Source: Octopus vulgaris (Eukaryota). From it: DNA of 64,000 nucleotides. The position numbers and the translations under genes were made by a program. Shown here piece after piece: positions 13,691 to 25,649 of the stretch; position 1 is the first letter of the stretch; the number at the start of each line of letters is the position of its first letter. Below the pieces are notes generated by a model. The model was not told where the DNA came from and did not search any database. It was given only the letters and a program-made list of their open reading frames with translations. The stretch spans positions 18,352,001 to 18,416,000 of the forward strand of contig OX597836.1 of the NCBI GenBank assembly GCA_951406725.2. The letters run 5' to 3'.

Positions 13691-14788
13691 TCATATGTTG
13701 TGGTGTGCGCTATTGCTCCATTCTAGTTTTCTATTCAGGCTAGGTTTATTTTCTATTATATGTGTAGCTTCTGTAATTTGTCTAATTGTTGCATCTGTTC
13801 TATGTGTGGACAATATCTTAATCTCTATGTTATTGATTGATCCCCGTGTTCTTGTTCGGCGTGTTGGTACAGAATCGATGAGCTTTTACCTTCCTTGAGT
13901 TGTCTCCAATGTTCATTCACCCGCTCACCAATGCTTCTTGCAGTTTCCCCTACGTATGTTACTGTCTTGTTACTGCATCTTCCCTCTATACATCTTATAC
14001 TATAGACCACATTTCTGGCTTTACAGTTCGTTTGTGGGCTAAATCTACATACAGTGCAATAGTTATCCGTACAGAGAGTTCTACTAAAAGGATAGGTTCT
14101 ACCAATTATAGATCTGATAGGGTTGCCTGGCTTTTCAACAACCTTAATTCTTAGTTTAAGTTTATCTAGGGTCCTTCTAAAGCGGTACGCTAGTTCACCT
14201 CCAGGGGTGGTGTCAACGAACATGACACTCTGGTATTTATGGCTATCATACCAAGAGTTGGCCTTCCTTATTTTCTTTTTTGTCCTTTCTATAGTGTTCC
14301 ATGACTTGTTCCTATAGAGTGGGCAAATCCCATTCCTATCATTACATAATATATTATCAAATTTCTTCATGGCTCCTTTGTATACTCTGATCCTTTCTTT
14401 ATGGCTGTAACCTGAGAACTGCATGCGGTGAATGAAATACTGTATGTGTCTCTTTAATTCTGTAGGCTCGCACATGCGTGACACATTTCTCATTATTCTG
14501 ACGAGGTCTGCCATCAAAATATTGAATTTGGCATTGCCCGCAATGGCTGAGTTCCGGTGGATCAGGTATTTTGAGGCCATAGGTTTTGCATAGTATGAAT
14601 GAAGGATTTGGGTTTTATTTTTCACAATTTCTAGCCAGAGTTCAGTGTCTAGTACTGGTAGTCTATGGTTGGGGTGTTTAGTGGGGTAGTCTATTGTGAC
14701 CTTAATACTCTGGTGGATGGAGTTAGCTATTTGCTGGATGCTCTCCATAGTATTAGTTTCTATTACTATATCAACCGTACTCTCTTGT
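13691..14788 (-). pseudogene. Second, inverted copy of the same Penelope-like ORF fragment
   Basis: ORF 13825..14820(-) reads …SIKVTIDYPTKHPNHRLPVLDTELW…YVGETARS…. A 1-bp loss at C4 13842-13845 (G5 at 15669-15673 in the other arm) frameshifts the C-terminus. Confidence 0.9.
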
Positions 14789-14933
14789 GTATTAAGGTCA
14801 CAATAGAGTATTAAGGTCACAATAGACTACCCCACTAAACACCCCAACCATAGACTACCAGTACTAGACACTGAACTCTGGCTAGAAATTGTGAAAAAAA
14901 ACCCAAATCCTTCATTCATACTATGCAAAACCT

Positions 14934-15824
14934 ATGGCCTCAAAATACCTGATCCACTGGAACTCAGCCATTGCGGGCAATGCCAAATTCAATATTTTGA
15001 TGGCAGACCTCGTCAGAATAATGAGAAATGTGTCACGCATGTGCGAGCCTACAGAATTAAAGAGACACATACAGTATTTCATTCACCGCATGCAGTTCTC
15101 AGGTTACAGCCATAAAGAAAGGATCAGAGTATACAAAGGAGCCATGAAGAAATTTGATAATATATTATGTAATGATAGGAATGGGATTTGCCCACTCTAT
15201 AGGAACAAGTCATGGAACACTATAGAAAGGACAAAAAAGAAAATAAGGAAGGCCAACTCTTGGTATGATAGCCATAAATACCAGAGTGTCATGTTCGTTG
15301 ACACCACCCCTGGAGGTGAACTAGCGTACCGCTTTAGAAGGACCCTAGATAAACTTAAACTAAGAATTAAGGTTGTTGAAAAGCCAGGCAACCCTATCAG
15401 ATCTATAATTGGTAGAACCTATCCTTTTAGTAGAACTCTCTGTACGGATAACTATTGCACTGTATGTAGATTTAGCCCACAAACGAACTGTAAAGCCAGA
15501 AATGTGGTCTATAGTATAAGATGTATAGAGGGAAGATGCAGTAACAAGACAGTAACATACGTAGGGGAAACTGCAAGAAGCATTGGTGAGCGGGTGAATG
15601 AACATTGGAGACAACTCAAGGAAGGTAAAAGCTCATCGATTCTGTACCAACACGCCGAACAAGAACACGGGGGATCAATCAATAACATAGAGATTAAGAT
15701 ATTGTCCACACATAGAACAGATGCAACAATTAGACAAATTACAGAAGCTACACATATAATAGAAAATAAACCTAGCCTGAATAGAAAACTAGAATGGAGC
15801 AATAGCGCACACCACAACATATGA
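14934..15824 (+). CDS. Penelope-like element ORF fragment: RT thumb/linker, Cys-rich knuckle and GIY-YIG endonuclease (5'-truncated)
   Basis: Motifs KPMAS…SA…K…L…[29 protein letters not shown]-x4-C-x2-C…C, VVYSIRC…C…YVGETARS…RVNEH…H…H…RQITEA..I….P.LN.K.EW. Homology continues upstream (LPVLD) across a frameshift at the A8 run 14894-14901. Confidence 0.92.
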   Translation: MASKYLIHWNSAIAGNAKFNILMADLVRIMRNVSRMCEPTELKRHIQYFIHRMQFSGYSHKERIRVYKGAMKKFDNILCNDRNGICPLYRNKSWNTIERTKKKIRKANSWYDSHKYQSVMFVDTTPGGELAYRFRRTLDKLKLRIKVVEKPGNPIRSIIGRTYPFSRTLCTDNYCTVCRFSPQTNCKARNVVYSIRCIEGRCSNKTVTYVGETARSIGERVNEHWRQLKEGKSSSILYQHAEQEHGGSINNIEIKILSTHRTDATIRQITEATHIIENKPSLNRKLEWSNSAHHNI

Positions 15825-16339
15825 CAATAGTGGATCCTGCAAACATAATAAATACACAGGTAATTAAAGAAATAGAAATGAATATCTATATGTATGTATA
15901 TGTGTATATATATGTATATGTATATGTGTATATGTGTGTGTATATATGTATATATATATATGTATATGTATATGTATGTATATATATATATGTGTATATG
16001 TATATTCTTTTTTTTCTTTTTTTTTTTTTCGATTAGATTTATTATTATTATTACTAATATTGTTGTTATACATACATACAAGCATATGTAATGATAATAA
16101 TGGGTGGATGTAAACACATGAACAAAATTAGAACAAAAGCAACAACAACAAAAACAAAATACAAATTACAAGAATGTATATAACCAGAAGATACAAATAT
16201 TACAGACATCCCCCCCACACACTAAATAAACATAGACGCACATAGAGATATAAGCATGCGCAAATGAAGACATACAATAGAAATACAAAATGGCTGACGG
16301 TTAGTAAGGAGAGACACAAGTAAGTGAGAAGAAAACAAA

Positions 16340-16384
16340 GGACCACTGATGCGGTCACAGGAGTGTGACGAAAGAACTTTGGCC
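16340..16384 (+). ncRNA. Variant minimal type-I hammerhead motif in PLE 3' end
   Basis: cca-CUGAUG-CG-GUCACA(GGAG)UGUGAC-GAAAG-AA-CUU-ugg. Stem II is 6 bp, stem I is cca/ugg, A9 is non-canonical. Confidence 0.6.
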
Positions 16385-16528
16385 AAAATAAGATTAAGAT
16401 TAATGTAAAAAATAAATATCACTGAAGCAAAATAACACCAAATATATAGTGCGTGTGTTTTTATTGGCTAAACTGGCAATATGACCATTCCGAAATATAA
16501 CAATATATATATGTATATATATATATAT

Positions 16529-16700
<172 letters not shown>

Positions 16701-17153
16701 GTATATGCACACACATATTCATAGACGGGCGCGAAAGCGTGGAAGAAACGAAGGTAATCAACAACTAAACACACAGACAAAAAGCAAAGAAAATTAAGAT
16801 GGTGAACAGTTTCAGGTTATACCATCAGCGACATCTAGCGTTGGAGTCTTTCAACTAAGAGGATGTAACAAATATAATTAAAATACACATTTTTAACGAA
16901 AATTCGAATTTAATTTCCGTTCAGACGTAATTCAAAATGTGAAAAGACCGGAAGTTCTTTCGTTTCAATTAATTATGAAGCTAACCATTGTAACTAACAC
17001 AGCCAGGGCATGTAGTTAATGTCACCTGATATTACAGCCATATTATAAGGTCTGTGCTTATAGTAACTGTGTAAACATATGTTGACACACCAGCAGGCGT
17101 ATGTACACATAGGTACATGCATGAATACATACATACATACATACATACATACA

Positions 17154-17186
<33 letters not shown>

Positions 17187-17550
17187 CGGTCCACCAACGC
17201 ACATATCTCTATGAGATATTTAGAAATTTAATATTTCTGATTTTGGTGATTGATCAATGAATAGACTTCACTGAAAAAATATATATATAATTACGAAGTC
17301 TAGACAGAAATCTTCAGCTAGCAGGCCTTGCTACTCTAGACTGATTATGGGCAAGACACAGAAACATGCATGTCTCTAGATGCAAGCCTTGATGTTGGGG
17401 GTGTTTGTCTCCCCTTCGTAAATATATAAGGTCTCAGGAAATGTGTCAAGGCCGACAGGAAGCGTCGATGCTTCCTAGGGCTAAACAGCGGTGTTGTAAT
17501 TCCCTTTATGGGACTGTCACGTTAAGTTGACAGTATACAACCACTATATA

Positions 17551-17749
17551 TACTCTTTACTCTTTTACTTGTTTCAGTCATTTGACTGCGGCCATGCTGG
17601 AGCACCGCCTTTAGTCGAGCAAATCGACCCCGGGACTTATTCTTTGTAAGCCCAGTATATATTCTATCGGTCTCTTTTGCCGAACGGGGACGTAAACACA
17701 CAAGCATCGGTTGTCAAGCAATGCTAGGCGGACAAACACAGACACACAA

Positions 17750-17780
<31 letters not shown>

Positions 17781-17931
17781 CGACAGGCTTCTTTCTACGA
17801 AATCCACTCACAAGGCATTGGTCGGCCCGGGGCTATAGCAGAAGACACTTGCCCAAGAGGCCACTCAGTGGGACTGAACGCGGAACCATGTGGCTGGTTA
17901 GCAAGCTACTTACCACACAGCCACTCCTGCG

Positions 17932-17934
<3 letters not shown>
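17551..17934 (-). mobile_element. SINE family A
   Basis: Full-length homology, inserted in (TA)n. Confidence 0.92.
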
Positions 17935-17992
<58 letters not shown>

Positions 17993-18189
17993 GGAGATGT
18001 GGAACACGAGTTGTGATATATAAAAGAGGGAATGAAGAAAATGCTGAAAAAATAATTTAAGTAATTTAAGTAATTTAATTAGGTGAAAGTTCTTTTTACC
18101 GGTTGAGATCCCGGCCTACATCACTATAATATTCACTGCTCTACATCTTAGAGTGTTCTTCTCCGTATTTATGTGTTTCTACAAGCGAT

Positions 18190-18225
<36 letters not shown>

Positions 18226-18235
18226 CGGGAAGCTT

Positions 18236-18371
<136 letters not shown>

Positions 18372-18703
18372 CACACTAATGTCGATGTAATCGACTTAAT
18401 CCCTTTGTCTCTCCTTGCTTGTCCCCTCTATGTTTAGCCCCTTAACCCGGCTTAAAAGAAAAAATAATCATCTCAAGAGTGTGGTGTAAAAGATAAAACA
18501 TATATGAGAGTGTATATGTAATATACACAAACACACACACCTATGCCCATGCAGACATGTATATTTGTATGCATATATATATATTTGTATGTGTATATAC
18601 ATATATATATATATATAAATCCGTATACGTATATGTATATACGTGCTTGTACGTATGCGTGTGTGTTTGTGTAAATATATATAAGCTGTAATCCGATTCT
18701 CAA

Positions 18704-18758
<55 letters not shown>

Positions 18759-18871
18759 TACATACACACACACTATTCACATATATATATGTATATATAT
18801 ATGTATATATGTATATATATATACTTATATACATATACATTCGTAAATACATACATGTAAATATATATACG

Positions 18872-18917
<46 letters not shown>

Positions 18918-19344
18918 TGTATATCTATGTATGTTTGAATGTATGTATGTATGTATGTATGTATGTATGTATGTGTGTGTGTATGTATGTATGTATGTAT
19001 TCAAGTACCCGAAGTCTTCGTTGGTTTTTGTGTCCGCGATTTATGCACAAGAACGATTGATTGCGAATATTGATGAGCTCCGAAAAGCACACTGCATTAC
19101 GTATGTATGTAGGTCACCAATGTATTATTTATATATGATCGAGTTTATTGCCACTCACGCTGTTGAGTGTGCGTCTTGTTCAAGGACCAGGCGACATGTT
19201 GACAAATGCGCGTGTTTGTGCTGCTGGTCTTCAAGACAGTAATACACGCCACCTGATGCTTCTGCTGTTGCTGTAGTGCGTGTGCATATATATATATATA
19301 CGCACATGCATATATACATCTATATATATACATATATATATATG

Positions 19345-19395
<51 letters not shown>

Positions 19396-19396
19396 G

Positions 19397-19468
<72 letters not shown>

Positions 19469-19591
19469 CCTAGACTGATAAATAGAAAGATAGATTGGTA
19501 GTTGTGTATATATACGTATGTTTGTATACATATCTCTATGTATGTATATAGACAGATTGATAGATACATACATATAGATATATAGATATAG

Positions 19592-19629
<38 letters not shown>

Positions 19630-19714
19630 CTATATGTATGTATGTATCTATTTATATATACATACATATAGATATACAGATATATATATACATGTGTATA
19701 TATATGTATATATA

Positions 19715-19778
<64 letters not shown>

Positions 19779-19899
19779 TGTATGTATGTATGTATGTATG
19801 TATGCATGTAAAGAATAAAAAGTTTCGAATGGTACACCAACGCACTAGAATACAGACAATGGACTATATACCTGTTGTAATTTAGTCATCCATAGTCTG

Positions 19900-19936
19900 A
19901 TATGACGTTTCGGAATATTATTCCTTCTTCAGATAT
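19900..19936 (-). ncRNA. Minimal type-I hammerhead ribozyme motif
   Basis: auau-CUGAAGA-A-GGAAU(AAU)AUUCC-GAAAC-GUC-auau. Canonical core, palindromic loop-less stem III (ACGU), GUC triplet. Confidence 0.8.
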
Positions 19937-20080
19937 TCGTAGATGGAGACGCTGCTATAATCGGTTTTGTAACGGCTTTTCTTTTTTTATTTTTTGGAAG
20001 CATCTCAGCAGTGGTCTCACGATGCTCCTTCCGGAATTCCTCATGAGAAGTGTGTGAGGTCACAATCTCGTGTGAGCTGG

Positions 20081-20490
20081 TACTATGTTACATATTATAT
20101 GTTACATATTATATGTTACATATTATATGTTACATATTATATGTTACATACTATGTTACATATTATATGCTACATATTATATGTTACATACTATGTTACA
20201 TATTATATGTTACATATTATATGTTACATACAATATGTAACATATTATATGTTACATATTATATGTTACATACTATGTTACATATTATATGTTACATATT
20301 ATATGTTACATACTATGTTACATATTATATGTTACATATTATATGTTACATACTATGTTACATATTATATGTTACATATTATATGTTACATATTATATGT
20401 TACATATTATATGTTACATATTATATGTTACATACTATGTTACATATTATATGCTACATATTATATGTTACATACTATGTTACATATTAT
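20081..20490. repeat. Minisatellite of 14-bp (TATGTTACATATTA) and 12-bp (TATGTTACATAC) units
   Basis: About 30 contiguous units with no unique spacers. Confidence 0.95.
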
Positions 20491-20880
20491 ACGTGCGGCA
20501 TCCTTTTTTCCTTCATTTTTTCCCTTCTTTTCTTTTTTTTTTTTGTTATAAACTGCAGATGAGCATATTATCAATAATATATATACACGCATCCAGATGT
20601 ATCTAAATAATGTATTGATTACTAATCTTCAGCCTGTTGTTAATTTGGGGACCTAGGTCTGTGTATGAGTATAGCTTCCTTTATTCTTAAAATACCCAAA
20701 TTTCTTTCATTGGCCTCAATTGTGACTGTTATGCTTTTGTCTATGTTCCCACATCTGTATAGATGTTTTCTGCAGGAGGAAGCTCTCCTGTTCAGATGTT
20801 CTATGGTGCCGACGTGTAACAGTCTTGTTGTGCTACTCACGTAGAACTTGTTGCATTTGTTACACTGTATTCTGTACACA

Positions 20881-21075
20881 ACCGTTGGCGATCTTTTTCC
20901 TCCGTGTACTTTTTCAATTGGACTTTCCTCTGTCTCCTGTTTCCGAAGAAGAGCTTTGCTCGAAACATAAAACGACCTCTCTTTCCTTCCCTGACCGTCT
21001 GCTAAAACTTTATATGTACCACGTCCTCGAGTTGTTTTTTTGTTTGTTTGTTCTTCGTTTTCTCGGATTTACTAT
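20881..21075 (+). mobile_element. Short PLE-type terminus family D with variant hammerhead (20939-20973)
   Basis: guuu-CCGAAGA-A-GAGC(UUU)GCUC-GAAAC-AUA-aaac. Homologous to 29720-29930. Ends in (TA)n. Confidence 0.65.
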
Positions 21076-21089
21076 ATATAAACATATAC

Positions 21090-21129
<40 letters not shown>

Positions 21130-22034
21130 CTGTCTGTACACATACATAAGTATATACTTACAAACAGTAGTGATTTTTTTCTTATATTGTTGAAGTATAT
21201 ATATATCACTGTGTGTCTCCTCTCTACGTGCGCTTGTATATTTTTAACAGTTCATTAAAATAGTAAACTACTAGTATATACATATACATGCACGTGCCTG
21301 TGTATATGTATATACATACAAATATATAATGAATATACATTTATATATATATATATTATATACAAGTATATTACATTTGAATGTTTGTATATGTATGCGT
21401 ATACCTAAAGATGTCCACACACACATATCTAAAAAAAAATATATATATATATAGATACACACACATATTTATAAATACGTATATTTTCCTATCTAGCAAT
21501 TTATATGTATGTATGTATGTATGTATGTATGCATGTATGTGTGTGTGCGTGCGTGTGTGTGTAGTTTCATGGTTCCCCGTTCTCTGCAGAGACAGTTGAG
21601 ACCGAGTTAATGTTGCACTTGATATAGGGAAAGGAGAAAACTAAATGCAATTTTCAAAAAACTCCAAGACAATAATTGTGAAATGAAACATGAGAAATAA
21701 CTAAAAACATTGAATCGTATTAAATATCTGAAGAACTGCTTTGATGTGGAATGGTTTATGAGTGACTGGTTCTTGATCAAAGATGAAGAATGATTGAGTG
21801 CGAGGCTAGTGTGAAAAGTGCGGCGAGAAAGAAAGTAAGTGGTGTGAGAGTTAAGGAGAAAGTGCGCCGTGGCCAGACGTAAATGGCAACAATGTTTATG
21901 CGAGTTGTATATGTACGGATACTCGCGTGAACACACTTTTTTAAAGATAGTTCAATGCTTTCCGTACATGGTGATACGAACGTATATAATACGTATACAT
22001 ATTTTGTATAGCTATTTAGTATATCTATATACGT

Positions 22035-22601
22035 GGAGGCGCAATGGCCTAGTCGTTAGGGCAGCGGACTCGCGGTCGTAGGATCGCGGTTTCGATTCCC
22101 AGACCGGGTGTTGTGAGTGTTTATTGAGCGAAAACACCTAAAAGCTCCACGAAGCTCCGGCAGGGGGTTGTGGTGATCCCTGCTGTTAAGAGAAATAAGG
22201 CGGCGAGCTGGCAGAAACGTTAGGACGCCGGGAGAAATGCGTAGCCGTATTTCGTCTGGCGTTACGTTCTGGGTTCAAATTTCGCCGAGGTCGACTTTGC
22301 CTTTCATCCTTTCGGGGTCGATAAATTAAGTACCAGTGGCGCACTGGAGTCGATATAATCGACTTAATCCGTTTATCTGCCCTTGTTTGTCCCCTCTGTG
22401 TTTAGCCCCTTGTGGGTAGTAAAGAAATAGGTATTTCGTCTGTCGTTATGTTCTGAGTTCAAATTCCGCCGAGGTCGACTTTGCCTTTCACCCTTTCGGG
22501 GTCGATAAATAAAGTACCAGTTTTGCAACTGGGGTCATTGTGATTCCTTTGTCCTTGTTTGTCCCCTCTATGTTTATCCCCTTGTGGGCAGTAAAGAAAT
22601 A
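22035..22601 (+). mobile_element. Chimeric SINE: family C head + family B dimer
   Basis: C head 22035-22186, B units 22197-22430 and 22431-22600, flanked by a ~52-bp direct repeat. Confidence 0.85.
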
Positions 22602-22771
22602 TATATAATACGTATACATTTTTTGTATAGCTATTTAGTATATCTATTCTATATACGTATGGACATAGAATACATACGATATATCACTATCAATATCGTT
22701 CCTCCTCCGCTCTGTAGCCTACTGGGTAGCAAGTCAATGTTAGCTTCAGTTTTGTCTACATCCAGCCGTGT

Positions 22772-23074
22772 AGAAGCATATGGCCTAGAGGTTAGAGCAG
22801 CGGACTCGCGGTCGAGGGATCGCAGGTTCGAATCTCAGACCGGGCGATGTATGTGTTTATGAGCGAAACACCTAAGCTCCACGCGGCCCCGGCAGAAGGT
22901 AATGGCCAACTTCTGCTGACTCTTTCGCCACAACTTTCTCTCACTTTTTACTCCTACATCTTGGAGCTCACCTGCGACGGACCGGCGTCCCGTCCAGGTG
23001 GGGAACCTATACGCCAAAGAAACCTGGAAACCGGTTCTAATAAGCCAGGCATGGCTTGAGAAGGAACAAACAAA
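22772..23074 (+). mobile_element. SINE family C, tail type 3 (V-domain-like)
   Basis: Same head, then CCTGCGACGGACCGGCGTCCCGTCCAGG. TSD ATCCAGCCGTGT at 22760-22771 and 23075-23086. Confidence 0.9.
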
Positions 23075-23086
23075 ATCCAGCCGTGT

Positions 23087-23770
23087 GATGTTGGGCTCTC
23101 TCGGTTCCATTATGGGTGCCTTCTCTTCTTTATTTATGGTTTTTAGTATCTGAGGCCGAGATTTATCTTTTCAAACAGCCTTGCCACATTTGAGCGCTAC
23201 AATCACCTCCATGATTTGTCACCCAATGAGGTTACACGTAGCCCCTAGATACACCTCGTGTCCACCAGATTGTTTTATTACAACTGGATTTAGGAGATCA
23301 AGAAAGTAAACCCTCCTCCGCTCAAGGATTCTACTCTCTGTAGAGAAAACGACGCTAGCCGAGATTTTAATAACCGGCATTGAAGAAGACTCCTTGTTAA
23401 AAAGACGACAGATGATCTACCAGAAATACTTGGCAAGCCAATCAAAAGTCAGAGCCTAGCTTAATCCAGAGTCCTCCCAATTTTTAACCTTGGTCGTTCT
23501 TTATGTCTACTGCAATTTTTTACACCTCAATGTACTGCATGAGCAAAAGAGAGAATCGTTTCCAAGCCACGCTTTGTACGCCTCCTTCATTATACAGATG
23601 GCATCTGTAACTTCCTGGCCAATTTAGCAGGTGAGAGGGGTTCTTTTACCAGCTGGCGTCACACTGATCCGCTTTCATCTGCAGCATTATACAATCGACG
23701 AACTAGTTGCCAAGCAAAATCATTTCCATTTCCCTTCGACTTCCTCAATTATTGCAAGAATGTCTCTAAA
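23087..23770 (-). mobile_element. Degenerate RTE-clade LINE (EN-RT linker and RT start)
   Basis: Minus pieces QEVTDAICIMKEAYKAWL, KYFW*II.RL, RILERRRVYFLDLLNP, EVIVALKCGKAV*KD…PQILK. Confidence 0.65.
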
Positions 23771-24473
23771 TCTGAATACAGTATTTACCTATATTTATTA
23801 TGCAACGATCAATCCACTATCATTTATTCACTTGTAATTACTTTTTCATGCAACTCCATTTGACTGAAATTGTCTACAAAATAGTAGATTCAATTTTATA
23901 GTCTGCTGATACAATAAAATTCAATCTTATAGCTTTTCAACAAACCAATAAAAACAATAAAATTTCATAATAAAAAGGATTTATTAAATTAAAATAACAT
24001 TCATTAAAACAAATTCTATATTTGTTATTAATAACATATATATATGCAATAAATATATGTTATCAATAACAGTGATAATGTTTAACAATCAATTACAATA
24101 ATGTGGTAGATCTCTATTACAAAAAATTACAGAATTTTCACTTGAGATTTTTATGGCAATTGCTTTATTTCTTTTGCAAGTGAGTGGTCTAGTTGTTAGG
24201 GCATTTCACTGATGGTCGCAAGATTATAGTTTCGGCTCTTGGACCGGGCAATGTGTTGCGTTCGTGGGTAAAACACTTCATTTCACCTTACTCTAATCCA
24301 CTCGTCTGTAAATGAGCAACCGCGCGATGGACTGGCATCGACGAGAATGTTGTGGTGACCCCATGGATACACGTTAGCGGGCCCTATCAGTCCCAAGACT
24401 TGAGACGCTTAAAGCTAGGGACTTATTATATCTTTTTATCCCAACTGCCTATATTCATATTTTCGTTAAATTT

Positions 24474-24532
<59 letters not shown>

Positions 24533-24703
24533 CTCTGCGATGCTTACAGGTGTTAACGATCATTGACTTCCATTTCAATATTTGGAGTGTTAGATGTAAT
24601 ACACAGGACATATTTTCCTGGAGACCATGTATCATATACAAATTTCAGTTTTCTTCACCCATCAGAATAACTTAGAACTTATGAAAGGGAAACTTTATAT
24701 TAC

Positions 24704-24870
24704 ACAAAGTCAGACTTTTAAGCAGTTCTACCCATTATACTCGTGGTTACTATTTCAAATGTCCTCGTTTTGGTGCGCTAAATTACCGAAAAAACTGATG
24801 CTGCAGATAATACTTTTGAAATTGTAACCACGAGTATAATGGGTAGAACTGCTTACAGATCTGACTTTGT
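24704..24870. repeat. Inverted repeat, ~56-bp arms with ~55-bp spacer
   Basis: ACAAAGTCAGA…TAAGCAGTTCTACCCATTATACTCGTGGTTAC.ATTTCAAA pairs with TTTGAAATTGTAACCACGAGTATAATGGGTAGAACTGCTTA…TCTGACTTTGT. Confidence 0.9.
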
Positions 24871-25155
24871 TCGGACGTTCAAGTATGCAGTCCTGCAAAT
24901 TATATTCATCTGGATGGTCGCACCGATGATCTACGGACATTTATGTGAGTAAAATTACGTAATGTGTTAATAGTAAAACATGTATGTGAATAATCCATAT
25001 TTTTATTGCTTTTTCTTTTGTCTTGCTCGATTACGTTTTGGTTGTTTTGCTAAATTTTGCTTGAGAACATTCCTTAGTGGTAAGACCATAACGGATCTAT
25101 TTCTAGCATAAGGGTGTCCACTTGGTGGTTTCCCTCTAATATCTATATATATATA

Positions 25156-25640
25156 CACAGGAGAAAGTGTTGAAAAGTTCCTGGCTTTGGGTAAAAGAAT
25201 ATACAGGATGATCAGTTAATTATGATTTTATTCAACACTAGCAGTATCGCCCGGCGTTGCTCGGGTTTCTAAGGGAAATAACTATATAAGCATTTTTAGA
25301 GAGTTACTTCCCTTATATAATAGCAAAAAAATGGGAAAAAATTATGGTAATTTTTTTCTTAAATCGTAGACTCATCGTAGACTCGCGCTAATACCCAGAA
25401 GGGCTCGATATGAATCACGACTATAAGATACCCGGTTTTGGTTAAACTGCACCGCAAAATGTGGGAGTAGTTAGGAATCTAAATCGTAGGAGACAGACAC
25501 TCACACAACTTCACTTTTATATATAAAGATATTTTCCTCTCATGTTTACACACTTATTGCAGCAATCTTTCAGTTTTCTAAGCCCTGTAAAAGACCTCAG
25601 AAGTTTACGCCACACAAACTGGCCTTTCGCGATACTCTTA
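25156..25640 (-). mobile_element. Mariner 3' end remnant interrupted by a Helitron
   Basis: Removing 25238-25529 rejoins minus-strand TGCAATAAGTGTGTAAACATGAGAGGAAAATATGTTGAATAA (CNKCVNMRGKYVE*), followed by a TIR-like …AGCCAGGAACTTTTCAACAC. Confidence 0.7.
25238..25529 (-). mobile_element. Non-autonomous Helitron (292 bp)
   Basis: Minus strand starts TCTTTATATATAAAAGTG and ends CCCGAGCAACGCCGGG hairpin + CGATACTG-CTAG. Inserted between A and T with no TSD. Confidence 0.88.
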
Positions 25641-25649
25641 CTTTATTTA

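Larger units (their letters stand above)
13007..16506. mobile_element. Palindromic (head-to-head) pair of 5'-truncated Penelope-like retroelements, likely Naiad/Neptune-type
   Basis: 13007-14711 is the reverse complement of ~14805-16506 at near-complete identity. Both arms encode RT thumb + GIY-YIG and end at the same 3' terminus (…CCGAAATATAACAATAT). The outer flanks are unrelated. Confidence 0.95.
19810..20880 (-). mobile_element. Degenerate Penelope-like element 3' portion (GIY-YIG remnant, 3' UTR with minisatellite, hammerhead)
   Basis: ORF 20640..20879(-) YRIQCNKCNKFYVSSTTRLLH…EH…H…C…LRIKEAILI…P is a GIY-YIG remnant. An HHR lies downstream on the same strand and the element ends in (TATG)n/(TA)n. 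Confidence 0.82.

Noticed and set aside
15822-16500. Selenocysteine read-through/SECIS as reported for some Naiad PLEs
   Set aside because: There is no internal in-frame TGA in the retained ORF, the terminal TGA is followed by TAG two codons later, and no convincing SECIS is visible by eye. A SECISearch run on the full-length consensus would be needed.
20081-20490. Regular short repeats as a CRISPR array
   Set aside because: Units are contiguous with no unique spacers, there are no cas genes, and the context is eukaryotic.
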